NCBI GenBank assembly: GCA_020137815.1
Contig: CM035357.1
Coordinates: 1,860,001-1,924,000, forward strand
Reading direction: 5' to 3'
From: Hormiphora californensis
Lineage: Eukaryota; Animalia; Ctenophora
Length of the DNA: 64,000 nucleotides
Numbering within the stretch: position 1 is the first letter of the stretch; every line of letters begins with the position of its first letter. A model generated the notes under the pieces. That model ran no database searches, was not told the origin of the DNA, and saw only the letters and a list, made by a program, of their open reading frames with translations. Shown here piece by piece: positions 10,371-23,488 of the stretch. Position numbers and translations under genes: made by a program.

Positions 10371-13353
10371 GCAAAATTTCTTTGGCCCCTGATAAATTTT
10401 ATGCATTCCACCCACTTCTCTTCCCCCCCTAGTGATTTTCTCCCCCCCCCCCCCCCCCCCTCAATAACAAATTATTCCCATGTCCCTCTTAAATAACCTT
10501 TTATTCCCAGGACCCACACCCCGCCCAAAAGCAAGACAGAGGCCCAATTATCACTAAAAAACGAAAAAAAGGGATCTTTTCCCAATACCTTAACATCCTC
10601 CTTACCCCCAAAAACCCCCTCCTTCCGATTTTTACCCGGCTCTCCATCCCCGCTGACTGCCCGGGCCCTGGGGGGGTTTATGAGGGGTTTTTTGTTAGAG
10701 ATCAACACCGGGCCCTAAAATTAATAGGAAAGGGGGGGGAGGGGAGGGAAGGGGAAGGCGGGGAAAGGGAAGGAGGGAGGAGGGATAAAGGAAGGAGAGG
10801 TGGAGAGGGGGAGGGAAGGGAGGGGGGAGTGGGAGGGAGGAGAAACAAAAGGGAAGAGAGAAGAGGGGGGGGTTTAAAAGGGGGAGGGGAGAGAGAGTAT
10901 TGGGGGGATGGAGAAAAAAGGAAAAAAAAAAGGGGAACCGAGGGGGAGAGTCAAAAAATGAAAGAATAAGGGGAAAGGGGAGGGGGGGAGGGGGGGGAGG
11001 GTGGGGGGGAGGGGGAGAGAAGACCCCGGGAAGGAACGGGAAAGAGGAGAGGAGGGGGAAAGGGGGGCGAAAAAAGGGGGGAAAGAAAGGGAAGGGTGGG
11101 GGCCCCCCCTAAAGGGGAAAATGGGGCTTTAAACGGCTACCATACTCCCCCCTCCTCTTTCTTGTTTCAGCTTTCAGCGAATTGTTTGTTTTGCCTTTCC
11201 CTCTCGATGTCTAGTGCTTCAAAATTATACACGCATTGAATGTTACACTGTACACGATTGTACGTTTCAACACATTGATATGTCCCCAAACTGAAAGCCA
11301 ATGATCTTTGTAGACAAGTTACTTTTTAGAAATGTATACACCGAACATTTACAGGGGGTTCTTTGGGGAAAATTTTTTAATATCAATTTTAAAGTCTTTC
11401 ACATTTTGGGGTTTTTTAAAATAATTTTCCTGTTTTGAAATTTTTAAAATTTTTTTCCCATTTTTTTTTTTTTTTCCCCATTTTTCACCCCAAAAAAAGG
11501 GGCAAAAAAGTGGCTTGCGATCCTTAGTGGCTCAAACCCTTTTTGGGGTGAAAAACTCCAGATTCTGTAGATAATTACCCAAACAATAACGGGAATATGA
11601 TTATAGCGATATTTGATATAAAGACCCAATTTTTTACTTACAAAACCTATTTGCACGAAAACAACCCCTGCGCACTGCAAAAAACGCAAAAAAAAAGGTC
11701 ACAAAAGTGGGTTTCGACCTTTTTGGCTCAAAACCCTTTGGGCTGAAACCGGATATTAGAGAATTACCCAAAGAAAAACGGAAATTTATTCATGGGGCAT
11801 TTTATTCCCACTTAACCCCCCAAATTTTACACGTAAAAATAAACCAAACCCATTCCCCCAAATTTTTAGACAATGTATCAAAAAATAGTTAGGGATGGCC
11901 AATATTGAATTCAAAATTCTACGGATTTTCACCCGGCCATTTCATCTTTCGGTCGATCCTCCAGACGAAGCAATCACACAAACACTTCACCTCGAAGAGA
12001 GATACCTCTTTTTTGAGAGATACCTCTCTTTTTTCTGAGAGAGAGATAGAGAGATATCGTGTTCCAACAGCTTGTACTACTACTACGTGTATATTATCTG
12101 GGCAGTGGGCGTCTGTGTTAAGACTAGTTGACACTACCTCTACGTGTACTTCTCTGCGGCAGTGCGTCGCACCGTCGTACGCTCTCACTCGATCGGCTTC
12201 CTCAACGTCTACTTGCGTCTCTCGATCTCTCTCTCTCGGGTCTCACCTCTCTCCTCTCCCGGTCGTCTCATCCCTCCCTCGCTCTCTCGCTCGTCATTCC
12301 GTCTGGTTCCTATCTCGCTCCTCTATCTCAGCTCTATCTCTCTCTCTCTGCTTTAGGTCTTCCCCGTCCTATCACGACCTCACGTTTCTTTTATTTCCAC
12401 ATCTCTCATACAAACACTCACATTTCTTTGTTTCCTAACCAGCAGCTGTTGTAGGTGCTCCTTCATAAAAACAACCATCGCGGCCGAGTTATTATCTTTG
12501 TGTGTTCTCCACTTTAATAGTTCACCTTCATGTAACGTACCTACTATCAGATATTATATCTTCCGTCATCGATTACAGGGGAGATAGATACTTAGAGAGG
12601 GAGAAAGAGATAGACAGAGAGAGAGCTATCTTCTTTTCTTTATTGTCTACAACTCAACATTCACTGCTGTGTTGTTACGTGATGTGTGTACTATACTGTT
12701 AATTTTACTTGATCTGATAAACTCAAAGTACAGTGTATACTAACCTAAAGTATACTAACCTAAAGCTAATATTCTAATCACCACTTCTGACTGCTAATGT
12801 CTAAATTATTATTATATATACACTGCCATTTCTCTTGTGACTATTTTAGAGACCGAGTGTAAATATAGTGAGACTCTACAAGATCCACCTGCAGTGTGAA
12901 GTGTGTGTGAGAGCCTCATTTTATTTTCATCACATGTCATGTTCTATAGTCCTCCCCCTTTGTTCTCTCTGTGTTATAGTGCTTCAGTCTGCCGATATAA
13001 TACCAGACTACTAAATTTCAAGCCCTGTGTGTTTTTATATTGTGTACAGAGTTTATATTATTTATTTGTGTGTTTATATCTGTATATATTATCAGTTTAG
13101 AAGAAGTATAACTTTTTCAACTCGTCGTTTTGTGTTTTCCCTCTTTATCGTGTAACCTCTACCTTACCTTTGCTCAACAACAAGTTCATAATACCTCAGT
13201 CCTATCTCAGTCCCATGTTACGACAACACTGTCTCAATTCTATTTTCTTCTCTCACTCTCCGTCATTTCCCTTCCTATTCACATCTTAACAACTCTCTGT
13301 CATATGATCCTCTCTCTTTTCACTCTTTCTTTTCACACACAATCTTCTCTCTT

Positions 13354-13409
<56 letters not shown>

Positions 13410-13695
13410 TCTCTTTCTCTCTCGGCACATGATGGCCAGTGTTCCAGTACACAATTCTTGTTCTCTCTTTCTAACCTTTGTCGCAATCAAAGTACAGAAA
13501 TTTTTTCTTTCGTTTGCTTTATTTCCCTCTCGAAACGAAATTACGTACTTGTTTTGCAATCACTACCTTTCACCCTGCCCCCCATAGAGGCCATCTTTAT
13601 ACCAACCAGAACGATAACACTAATTAATTCCCCCCCCCCCCCCCCGATTAACTACACAATTAATTGAATCTCTGTATGTTTAATAGCAGAGTTAA

Positions 13696-13790
13696 ATGGC
13701 CCAATCCCGTGACTATATTTCCCCCGGCGAGATGGACTGTCTAACATTGATTGACGGGGAACGAAACACTACTTCACAGGTCTGTGTGTG

Positions 13791-13840
<50 letters not shown>

Positions 13841-14935
13841 ATTATAGCGTTCACAGGTATTGCCCTCATTATTCTGTACACCCCCATTCGTACGAAGGGA
13901 GTACCTCCTAAATTGTTGTATATTTTCTTCCATAACTTCTTCCCCCTATTTCTGTTGAAGAATATTTGAAGCACATTAACCCCCCTCCCCTATTTCCCAG
14001 GTGTATACCCCACTAACACTATCGTCCCCATATATTCCCAGGAATTGGAAAGTATCCAGCACATTCTGTGGATGAATTTCCAAGATTCAGCCCGTTTTAC
14101 AGCCGCACTATGTAAAGGAGGGGCAGCCGGTAACCCCCTACTTCAGTCCACCTTTCAGCAGTGCGCCATAGCAGTTACTAGACTTTACAAAGGTAACTTT
14201 ATAACCCATGAATATGTAGTTCTTACTTCAGTTCAGCTCTCCACACAGACCCTTGATTGACTCCAATTTATCTCAAACCAGTACCCATTCTTCTAACCAT
14301 CCCCTCCTACAGACAGTGTCGATGCGGTGGAGAGAGCGTACGAACTAGGAATGGTTCGAGGGAAACAGAAATGCCGTAGAGACATGGCTTCCTGGTCTAA
14401 ACGAAGGAAACGGAAAATCAATAGGATCGATTTACTACGTAAGTTCGGATTGTTCTAGGTCCAGCAAAGTTTGGATGTTGTCCCAGTAGTATTGAACCGT
14501 TCGTCCCGTAAGAAAGGGCCTGAGCAAGACAACTCAAGTTGTGATAAGTAAAACTCCAGAAGACTTGTTATATTTTAACTGCCGTGTAATAATCCTAATG
14601 ATCTCTCTCCCATCTCCCCAGGACGATTAGCCAAAAAGCCCTGTGCAGCCCCCTCTTCAAACAGCGATGATACAGACAGTGACGATTTATCTTGTGTTCT
14701 CTCCTCCCTCGGTGTCGCCTCGCCAGTAACCAATAACACAGCCAGCACAGAGGGTAGTGGGGGTAGCAGCAGTCCCCGGCCTGGCCCCGCCACACAGCCA
14801 GTAGAATCACCACCCACCACCCCACCACATTCAAGCTCTTATAACATGGCCGTGGGGTCGAGGAAACGGAAGGCTGACTCGCTGCTAGATGTGTTTCTGG
14901 AGACTGTACACGGTTCAAAACGGAATAGACAATGA
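13696..14935 (+). CDS. HAPSTR1: HAPSTR1 / C16orf72 (DUF4588) homolog
   Basis: Exons 13696-13779, 14042-14192, 14313-14438, 14622-14935 join in frame. LWMNFQDSA...FQQCAIAVTRLYKDSVDAVERAYELG...WSKRRKRKINRIDLL matches the family core; C-terminus RKRK...SKRNRQ matches the bipartite NLS. Confidence 0.85.
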
Positions 14936-16132
14936 AATGATGTTAGATATTGGGAATTGGGATTATAATGCATGGAATGTGGTAGAGAGGAAGTTGTTTG
15001 ATTTGATGAGAAGGAAAGAGATGGTATACAAAATGATGAGTGATATCAGTGACGTTCTATAAGAAACTAAATAACAGAAAGACTGTATTAATCAATTCTT
15101 TTTTCTCAGTGGGAGTGACTATCCGTATTTCAATACACACATTGGTTTCTGTAAGCTGTTTTATACACCGTTATACACACATCCCAGTATTTATTGCCTG
15201 GTGGAGAGGGCTCTGTAACAGGACCGGGACGCTTCAAAGTTTGGGAACGTTTGTGGCACGCGCGGAAACCAAGATGTGGATAAAGCACAGCTGTACCGCG
15301 CTGAGTACGCGCAAAACATTAACGCGCATTTAAAACTTGGTATGGCGCGCACTGAGTTAATTGTCTCGCCAAAATGTTTTGACACACATCAAAACTTTTT
15401 ATTTGGTTCGTGTCTTTTTTTCTGAGTGTGTCTCAGGCGGGGCGTGATGTCTGGAAATATTGTTCAGTAGGGCTGGTGCCTGGTTCAGGGGCGGCTCTGC
15501 CATGCGGACGATGCGGACGCGTCCGCATTTTTACTTTGGATCACGGAGAGAAAAAGGAAAAATTCAAGGAAAAGGGTCAATTTTTCTTAAAATTTGATGT
15601 TTCAAATGAGATTTCTAGTGAAATCGGCGCGCCACACAGGTTTTTTTGCCGTCGCAGTATTTTTTGATCGGCGCGCTACGTCAAAATAGCCAATGCGGAC
15701 CATCTGCATTGGGTATTTCGACGGAACGCGCGAGTTAAAAATGTTTCGGCCGCATTTTGACCAGAGCGGCTGAAAGCCGCGCACCGCCCCTGGCCTGGTT
15801 CCAGTCTCCAGACCGAAATTTCCCAAACTTTTGCATGTGCGACCAAGGAGCTCCAACAGGGGGTTTGGGGCATAGCCCCAGGCCCCAGTGTTCAGGAGTG
15901 ACGGAACCGGGTTGGGAGTGAAGAACCAAGATCTTGGCCGAAACGAGCTCAAAACGGTGTCCGGAGAAAATGAGCAAATTTTGCTCCGAAAAAAGGTCAT
16001 CACCAAAAATGACAACTGTTGGTCAGCAGCCCCCTCGCTGAAGAAAATAATTCCGCCACCCCTGATCCTGTTTAGAACTACATTTGATGTTAATACTGTT
16101 GTAATTAGTTGTCTAAACATTGCAAGCTGTAG

Positions 16133-16585
16133 TTTATTGATCATGTTCCTCTAGAAGTCTCTGATACTGAGATTATGGAAGCCTGCTCGGAAGAACTGGG
16201 AACAACGCCAAAAGTTTACAGATTCACTGATAACAATGGAAACCCAAGATACTCTGTACGGCTAATCTTTGAATCGGAAGATCTGAGGAATAAGGCTATA
16301 ACTATGGGACTAAACATAGACACAAGGCACTTCCGTATACGTGAGTATATCGACAGACGGGTGATCAAACCGCTCCAATGTCGAAAGTGTTGGAAATACG
16401 GGCACTGGACCGCATGGTGCAATAACAACGAGGCCTGCGTTCAATGTGGTGAGAGGGTAAGCACGCATACAGCGGATCCCTGTCAAGCCGAGGCCAAGTG
16501 TATCCACTGCAGTGGAAATCACAACTCCAACAGTACAACCTGTCCAGTATATACTGCCCATCAAAACGATCTTCATCATGGTTAG
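16133..16585 (+). CDS. LINE ORF1 (gag-like) C-terminal part with three zinc knuckles
   Basis: CRKCWKYGHWTAWC, CVQCGERVSTHTADPC, CIHCSGNHNSNSTTC; frame open back to 16133 (HVPLEVSDTEI). Confidence 0.85.
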   Translation, partial: FIDHVPLEVSDTEIMEACSEELGTTPKVYRFTDNNGNPRYSVRLIFESEDLRNKAITMGLNIDTRHFRIREYIDRRVIKPLQCRKCWKYGHWTAWCNNNEACVQCGERVSTHTADPCQAEAKCIHCSGNHNSNSTTCPVYTAHQNDLHHG

Positions 16586-19500
16586 TATCTGTCAACTAAA
16601 TATTTCGGGCCTCTCTTCTCATTCCAGTACAGCGATTGACCACTATTGTTCCGATAGAAACATCACGGTACTGGCACTGCAGGAAACCGGTACGGTACCA
16701 AACGAGGACGTTTTCAAAAACCTACGAACTTTTGGAGTTGCAGACGATCAAGGTGTCACCATCTCGGTTGATAAGTCGTTCTATCCTCAGAGAATTCCCA
16801 GTTTAGAAGTAAAGGGTGTTGCAGCTGTTTTCGTGATTGCAACACCTTCAAAGCGACCTGTGATGTATGCTTCGGTATACAGTAGCCCGTCGTCGGACCT
16901 CAGCAGACTACTGAGCACCATTCAAGAGGCTTGGAGATACTGTTATGCAAACGGGGTTGCTACTCTCCAAGTCATGGGGGACTTTAACGCGAGAGGACAA
17001 ACTTGGGGCGATAGACTTTACAACAGCAATGGTCATCTACTAGAGACATTTTGTAACCAGCAGGGGGCCCGGATCTTATCACCGATGAGGAATACGTTTC
17101 TATGCGCTGGAGGAGGTAGTGTCATAGATCTAACATTGATATTTGGCAACTCTGGACCACTTAGGGGACTTTGGGTCGATCAGGACGAAGGGCTTTGTCT
17201 GTTCACTGGAGCGCCGGATCGAGGACACATACCAGTACACATAACAATTGGTCAGGTCAATAAACACATACAGCGGAAGAGGGTATTCAACTACGAGGAA
17301 GCAGAGTGGGACGAGTGGAAGGAATTTTTGGAGCGTCATCTTCCGGAAATACGTGGAACTGAAGATCCAGAGGACTTGTACAAGGAGTTTCTGAGGATAC
17401 ATAGAGAAGCATGTGAACTATTCATCTCGAAGAAGACTATCTGTCGATATAGCAAACCATTCTGGACACATGAACTGTCGGGACTATCAAAAAATCTCCA
17501 AGGAGCTCTACGACACTATCAATTCAGGCGAACAACTCGGAATAAAGAACTCGTGGAAGCAGCGAAAGCCACCTTCAAGGAGACGCTGATTAAGAGTAAG
17601 AACAAGTGGATACATGAACGACTTCAAGGGTTAAATGTGCACGACAGTAATCTTTTCTGGAAGCGCTACAGAGGATTGTTCTTGGCCCAAGAGGAAAATT
17701 TCATAGGGTGTTTGGATTTTGAAGGCACCCTGAAACACAGTCAATCAGAAAAAGAAGATATACTGTTTAGGACGTACTTTGAAGGGGAACACCTCAAGAA
17801 CAGGGACTTCGATGAAGAGGAGTACAGGCGGATATGCAGGCAAATGGAGGACATCATGTCAGTGGATTTAACGGACGAGGAACCTGGAGAGGAGAACCTA
17901 CTGAATAGCAAAGTGGAACGAAGAGAAGTGGAACAGGCGATCTCAGCACAGGATTGGAGTGGAAAGGCAGCGGATGGAGATGGGGTTCACCCGAGAACTC
18001 TGAAACATATGGGAGGTCGGGCAGTAAACTTTCTAGCCGAGTTATTCGATTTGTGTATGAAGTGTTCAGTATGGCCCTGGAGAGCATCAACGGTTTCCTT
18101 CATCAAGAAAGCAGGAAAGAGCTCATATCTCAAACCGGGGTCTTTCCGCCCTATCACCATCAGTATGTACATCGGTAAACTTTTTGAGAGGGTGTTAGAC
18201 CGAAGAATGAGGGACCATTGCTATAGCGAAACGTTGCTCGAAGATGAACAGGAAGGATTTCTACCAAACCGGAGCTGTACTCGATATCTATACCGAATGC
18301 TGGCAACTCTACATGAAAACCGTAGGAGAAAGGCAACCGCCTATCTTTTGCTGATAGATTTCGAGAAGGCCTTTGACAGTGTGCCGATTCCTCTCCTCAT
18401 CTACAAAATCCATCGCTTAGGAGTACATGGCAGAATCCTGAAGTTACTCCATTCTATGCTTAGCAACCGATTGGTCAGTTTGAAGATAAACGGAAAGGTG
18501 GGACGAGCCAGAATCTGTGGAACCACAGGATTACCACAAGGAGCAGTACTTTCGCCTCTCCTATTTATCCTTTACATCGGAGATCTTCTGACTACGAGAA
18601 ACTTACCAACTGATATTCGTCACCACACTGAAACATTCAAATTTGCAGACGATGGAACTGTAGTTATCACTGGTACAGACAAAGAATGTGAATCATCTAT
18701 GCAAAGAGTACTACAATACATCCACGAATGGTGTAGGACTTGGCGGCTGGTGGTGAACTGTGGAAAAGACAAGACTGAAATCCTTGTTGTACGTCCTAAA
18801 AGATCAGAACCACCGACAGTACTTCCAAAATTCTACCTCGGCAATGAAGAAATTTTATATGCAGATTCCAGCAAGGTTTTGGGCGTTTACCTAGACAAAG
18901 ACCTGAACTTTCAACAACATGCGTCCTTTACCTTAAAGAAATGCTGGTTTGCATGGAGTAGACTCTCGACATCCACAACTAGAACGGATGGACTGAATAG
19001 TACTTCGTTGGCTTTACTTTTCAAAACAGTGGTGCTTACGAAGCTACTATACGCGGCCCCTCTCTGGCTGGAAGACCGGATATCAAGCTTTAAAGACCTC
19101 ATGGCTCGAGCCAAGCTGAAAATCCTGGGAAGTCAGTTTCATGTCCCAAACATGATAGGAGACCTTCTCACAACAGTACCACCTCTTGCAGTCACCTTGA
19201 GGATTCTGACGATCAAATTTGTGCTGAAAGGGTTGCTAGCAGAGGATAGCATCAGTGCCAAACTTCTACAAATTGACTCGGAACCGTACCATAAGTTCGC
19301 ACATCATCTAACCATGACCAAATGCTATCTCCGATGGGTGGAGGACCAGGATCAGGAGAGTACAGATGCTAATGTTCCGGCAGCTACGAGAAGAAGGAGC
19401 TTTCTCAGAAGATGTGACTTGATAAACTATGAGCGAGATCAGCTATTGTACACCAAAGGAGAAATAGACGACTACGGATACAAACTGTGGGATGATACCG

Positions 19501-19973
19501 TCAAACAACAAATGGAACACCTTTTCAAAACCGATGAATATACGCTGGAACCTAGTCACACGGTGGAGGACTTGAGAAGACTGGTCAACACAAGGGAAGT
19601 TGTTCTCACCCCTCTTCTCCATCGAGCTCTCAGTAGAGGAGAATCTACGGCGATTATCGACTTCACTCACGGTCATAATCTACGTTTTCAGAACTTTGCG
19701 TTCCGGTATCTACAGCATGACAGCACGGTGTCCGTTCCGACATGCCTAGAGTGTGGGTTGTTGCCCGACTCATCTTACCACAAACTATTTGAATGTGTAT
19801 CTGCAGGGGCAGTGTCTGCTCTAAGACAGGAGCTCAGTTCTTTAGCCATCTACGAATTAAACTACCGTATCCCCTTAATATTTTGTCAAGACAAAAACGT
19901 GAAACGCAAGTTCAGAATGCTAGTAGCACATATATTAGAGAATTCTACATTTGATGATAATCTATTGACGTAA
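16578..19973 (+). CDS. LINE ORF2: APE endonuclease, reverse transcriptase, C-terminal CCHC motif
   Basis: QLNISG, LQET, GDFNA, SVIDL (APE); FRPIT, QEGF, DFEKAFD, GLPQGAVLSP, FADD, LGV (RT); CLEC...HKLFEC. The ATG at 16578 overlaps the ORF1 stop. Confidence 0.95.
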   Translation: MVSICQLNISGLSSHSSTAIDHYCSDRNITVLALQETGTVPNEDVFKNLRTFGVADDQGVTISVDKSFYPQRIPSLEVKGVAAVFVIATPSKRPVMYASVYSSPSSDLSRLLSTIQEAWRYCYANGVATLQVMGDFNARGQTWGDRLYNSNGHLLETFCNQQGARILSPMRNTFLCAGGGSVIDLTLIFGNSGPLRGLWVDQDEGLCLFTGAPDRGHIPVHITIGQVNKHIQRKRVFNYEEAEWDEWKEFLERHLPEIRGTEDPEDLYKEFLRIHREACELFISKKTICRYSKPFWTHELSGLSKNLQGALRHYQFRRTTRNKELVEAAKATFKETLIKSKNKWIHERLQGLNVHDSNLFWKRYRGLFLAQEENFIGCLDFEGTLKHSQSEKEDILFRTYFEGEHLKNRDFDEEEYRRICRQMEDIMSVDLTDEEPGEENLLNSKVERREVEQAISAQDWSGKAADGDGVHPRTLKHMGGRAVNFLAELFDLCMKCSVWPWRASTVSFIKKAGKSSYLKPGSFRPITISMYIGKLFERVLDRRMRDHCYSETLLEDEQEGFLPNRSCTRYLYRMLATLHENRRRKATAYLLLIDFEKAFDSVPIPLLIYKIHRLGVHGRILKLLHSMLSNRLVSLKINGKVGRARICGTTGLPQGAVLSPLLFILYIGDLLTTRNLPTDIRHHTETFKFADDGTVVITGTDKECESSMQRVLQYIHEWCRTWRLVVNCGKDKTEILVVRPKRSEPPTVLPKFYLGNEEILYADSSKVLGVYLDKDLNFQQHASFTLKKCWFAWSRLSTSTTRTDGLNSTSLALLFKTVVLTKLLYAAPLWLEDRISSFKDLMARAKLKILGSQFHVPNMIGDLLTTVPPLAVTLRILTIKFVLKGLLAEDSISAKLLQIDSEPYHKFAHHLTMTKCYLRWVEDQDQESTDANVPAATRRRSFLRRCDLINYERDQLLYTKGEIDDYGYKLWDDTVKQQMEHLFKTDEYTLEPSHTVEDLRRLVNTREVVLTPLLHRALSRGESTAIIDFTHGHNLRFQNFAFRYLQHDSTVSVPTCLECGLLPDSSYHKLFECVSAGAVSALRQELSSLAIYELNYRIPLIFCQDKNVKRKFRMLVAHILENSTFDDNLLT

Positions 19974-20381
19974 CGTAGCAGCTATCGTAAGTTTATACTT
20001 TATTTAGTAGGTAAATTAGTTATCCAAGCTTCATTGTCATAAATTAGTCTCTAAATATTCTTAAATTAGTCTTGAATTAGTCTTAATTAAGTCTTAAATT
20101 AGTCCTAAATTAGTCTTAAGTTTTCTACTTATCTTAAATATTCGTCTTAAAATTTGAATTACGTGTGATTCCGTGAAAATAATCTTTTTCACTATTTTTA
20201 CTATAGCCTGGTAATGTAGCTTTTCTCTACTACATTACATAGCTTAATTAACCATTATTACTATTGTTATCTTATTAACTTATTACATTAATTAATTAAC
20301 TTATTACATTACTTAATTTATTAACTGTATTAATCATTATCTGTTACAACTATTATATTACTACAGCACTAATATAATTTA

Positions 20382-20414
<33 letters not shown>

Positions 20415-23400
20415 CTTATCACTAAGTTTAGAGAAATCAAGAGCTTAGAATCTAATCAGCAGTGAATCTTTTCAGTAGTTAATTCCGTATAGCTTACAAG
20501 AAAGAAGCGTTATGTATTTTGTATACAAGATTTAATAATAATAATAATAATAAATACTGATCAATACCACCTTGTTAACCTTATCATAAGTCATAGCAAT
20601 GAGCTAGCGGTAAGAATGCGAAAGATCAAGCGTCATCTTTCGTTCACGCTCCGCAGCCGGGATCAGGATGATGTTCTTGTTAAGAAAGAGCTCAGTCCTG
20701 TGTTTCTGAAGAAAAATACTGAAGGTACACACAACTCTTGCCTTGTTCGACCCTGTTAGAAAAAAAAAACTGAAAACAACTTCATATTTCAGTTTTGTCA
20801 TGCCGGTGTGTTATCTTTGCTGTTTATTATTGACCAAACACATCACTTTTCACTGATAAAATTCGCCTCAGATTTCGCTCAGACGCTTCTACTCATTAAA
20901 AACCAAGACGAGGAGAACCGCGGTGTAGCATGTAAGGACGGCTCACTCACACGAACATCATCATCTCCTAAATTTTCTTCCTTTTTCCGCCGCTCCTCCT
21001 CCAACTCAAGACTCCTCTCACCGCCCCTTGCCAAGATCAAGTCCAGCGACAGGTAACATGCAGATATTAACACGTTTGTAAAATGAAAAGGGGAAGAATT
21101 TTATGTTTATAAAACGAAAAGGGTAAAGAATTTATGTTTGGCAAACGAAAAGGGGAAGAATTTCAAACTTATAAAAAAGGGAGGAAAGTTGTTAAATTTC
21201 ACACTCCCCCTGTAGCTCGAAGAAAAGTAGCTCGGAGGTCCTCTCGGGGAGCAGTGACTACACCAAACCCCAAGCATTTTAGACAGCATTTTTGTAGATT
21301 GTAGAGAGGATCCGGGGGAGGATTCCTTTGATAACAGGGGGCTCGGGCTAGGGAACAAGAAACACATGGAGTTTTTCTTTTGATGAAACAGCGAGCCATG
21401 TCCCTAACTACACATAATGTAAGTGCCATGTCCCTAAAGTTAGTAGTCGGACCCCAATTTAACAGCACCCCGATTTTTAAGTCCGGGACAAAAAACCGTT
21501 CCCCGAGGGGGGGAGTGGCGGGGGGGACGCGGGGCGGAAGGGCGGCAAGCGGGAGGCGGACGGTGCGCGCGGCGCGCGCGGTGCGGCGGAAGGGACGAAG
21601 GGTGAGCGGACGGAAGGCCCCCAAGAAACATAAGGGGGCGCACGGGTCCCCCCACCCCCCGTCGCCGCCCCCCCCGCCCCCAGGGCGCCGCCCACCCATG
21701 GGAGCGCCACCCCCCAGCTAGAGTCACAGGAGGCCGGGCCCCAGGAGTGCCTTCGCCCTCAGGCTCCCTCCACCCTCGCGGGCTCCGCCGGGCCACCCTC
21801 GGTGCCCCATGGTGGGAGCCCGGGTGTTGGGCGCTCACGACCGGGCCGGACGGGTGACGGTGGGAGCGTGCCCCCGCCGGTTCATGCGCTCCGGCCGGTC
21901 ACGGCCGGCGTGGGTTTAGGCTAAGGGTGTTCGGCCGGCAGGGGGGGTGGGGTCGGTTACCATCAGTTGGTGTTATTTTGATGTGTATATTTTTGCCTTA
22001 AAATAATAAAAGCATCTCAGATGCAACGAAAAAGTCATCACAACCTCATTTTTATTTTGAGTGTGTGATTTAATTTTCATTCGTTTATTTTGTATTGTTT
22101 AACTCTTCCTGTTTCCTAATCCTGGTCATGCGGTGATCTCACCAGGTCATGCTTATTATGCGGTTTTAGTTTCAAATTGGTTTATGACAGACGGCAGTCT
22201 TCTCTATCCCTATTGCGCGCCCGCGCGCGGGCGCACGGGAGAGCGGCGCGCGCGCGCGCGCGGCGAGCGCGCGCACACGCAAGGACGCACTTTCTTCGCT
22301 TATGATTGAGCTGTTTTTGTAAATATCTCAACCTCAATAAAAACTAAAAAAGAAAAGAGCACAAGTATGGAAAAACAAACAAAAAAACAAAAAAAAACTA
22401 ATAGTAATGCACGATGTAATGTAATACAAAGGCTGTTCTATTGATTAATGCATAAGCCTCTCTGAATATAGATGAGAAAAAAAGATAGAGAAATATAGTA
22501 GAAGGAAAATCGAATGTTCGAATCTCAATTTCATGGGATTATTTGTAGCGAAAAGGAGAATAGTTAATTTATCCAACAACAAGGCGATATAATGAAAAGC
22601 ATATAATACCACTAAATTAGGCTAAGTTCCGCAGTTCTTTTTGAATGTGCTTGTTTTACCCTCCTGAACCCCCGTTTCCTGCTATTTGTAATTACACACA
22701 CAAGCCCATATATTGTGAAACCTGCTCGGAATAAAAACACTGACCGGTATTACATTGCAGTCACTATCCACACAGGCAAACAAACTCTCTTTGTGGTGGA
22801 TCCATCATTCGGAACCGTCGCCCCCTGATGTGCACCAGTGCAGGCGGGAGGGCGGGCCAGCGAGACTATGGCTCTTGGAGATACAAAAAGTCAAAGTATG
22901 GCCGAAAGTAGTAAGTAGTTTCGTCTCGAAATTTATCGATTCAAATACTACGTAAACATGGTGAGAGGTTGGTCGGTACTATTTAGGCAGGGAGCGCGAA
23001 GCCGTGGGAGAAGGGGACATGAGGAGTCAGGGGGGGGGGCGTAGGCAATAGTGAATAGAAGGGGAAAGGGGAAAAAGTCCCCATCCGAGAAAGAGGGGAG
23101 TAGGGGCGAGGAAGTAGAGGGATGAGAGGACAGGGAGAGGAGGCAGACAGGGGCGCAAGCAAAACACCACAAAGCGGGAGACGGATGAGAAAGAAGGCAC
23201 GGCAAGCAGAGCAGACGCGAAAGGGGAGGAAGGGGAGCGCGCGCGCGCGCGCGCGCGAGCGAGAGAGAGGGGGAGGAGAAGAAGAGAAGAGAGAGGAGAG
23301 AGAGAGAGCGAGAAGAGAGAAAAAAGAGAGAGCAGAGAAGAGTCAGAGAGGCGACAGCGCGCGAGAGAGAGAGAGAACGAAAAAGAGCGAGTAGGAGCGA

Positions 23401-23418
23401 AGCAAAGAGCGAGAGAGC

Positions 23419-23450
<32 letters not shown>

Positions 23451-23451
23451 T

Positions 23452-23488
<37 letters not shown>

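Larger units (their letters stand above)
16133..20553 (+). mobile_element. Non-LTR retrotransposon (LINE, Jockey/I-group-like), 5'-truncated in ORF1
   Basis: ORF1 remnant, intact ORF2, AT-rich 3' UTR and (TAA)n tail at ~20533-20553. Confidence 0.92.

Noticed and set aside
7500-12500. C-rich/G-rich tracts as G-quadruplex or novel genes
   Set aside because: They include visibly corrupted copies of neighbouring sequence (10190-10370), so base-level features are not trustworthy.
15486-16064. hAT-like element with CAGGG termini
   Set aside because: TIR match is only about 10 bp and the 8-bp flanks do not match.
16138-16170. LINE target-site duplication (atactga or tgatca, also found after the tail)
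   Set aside because: Both left matches fall inside ORF1-like coding sequence; short chance matches cannot be excluded.
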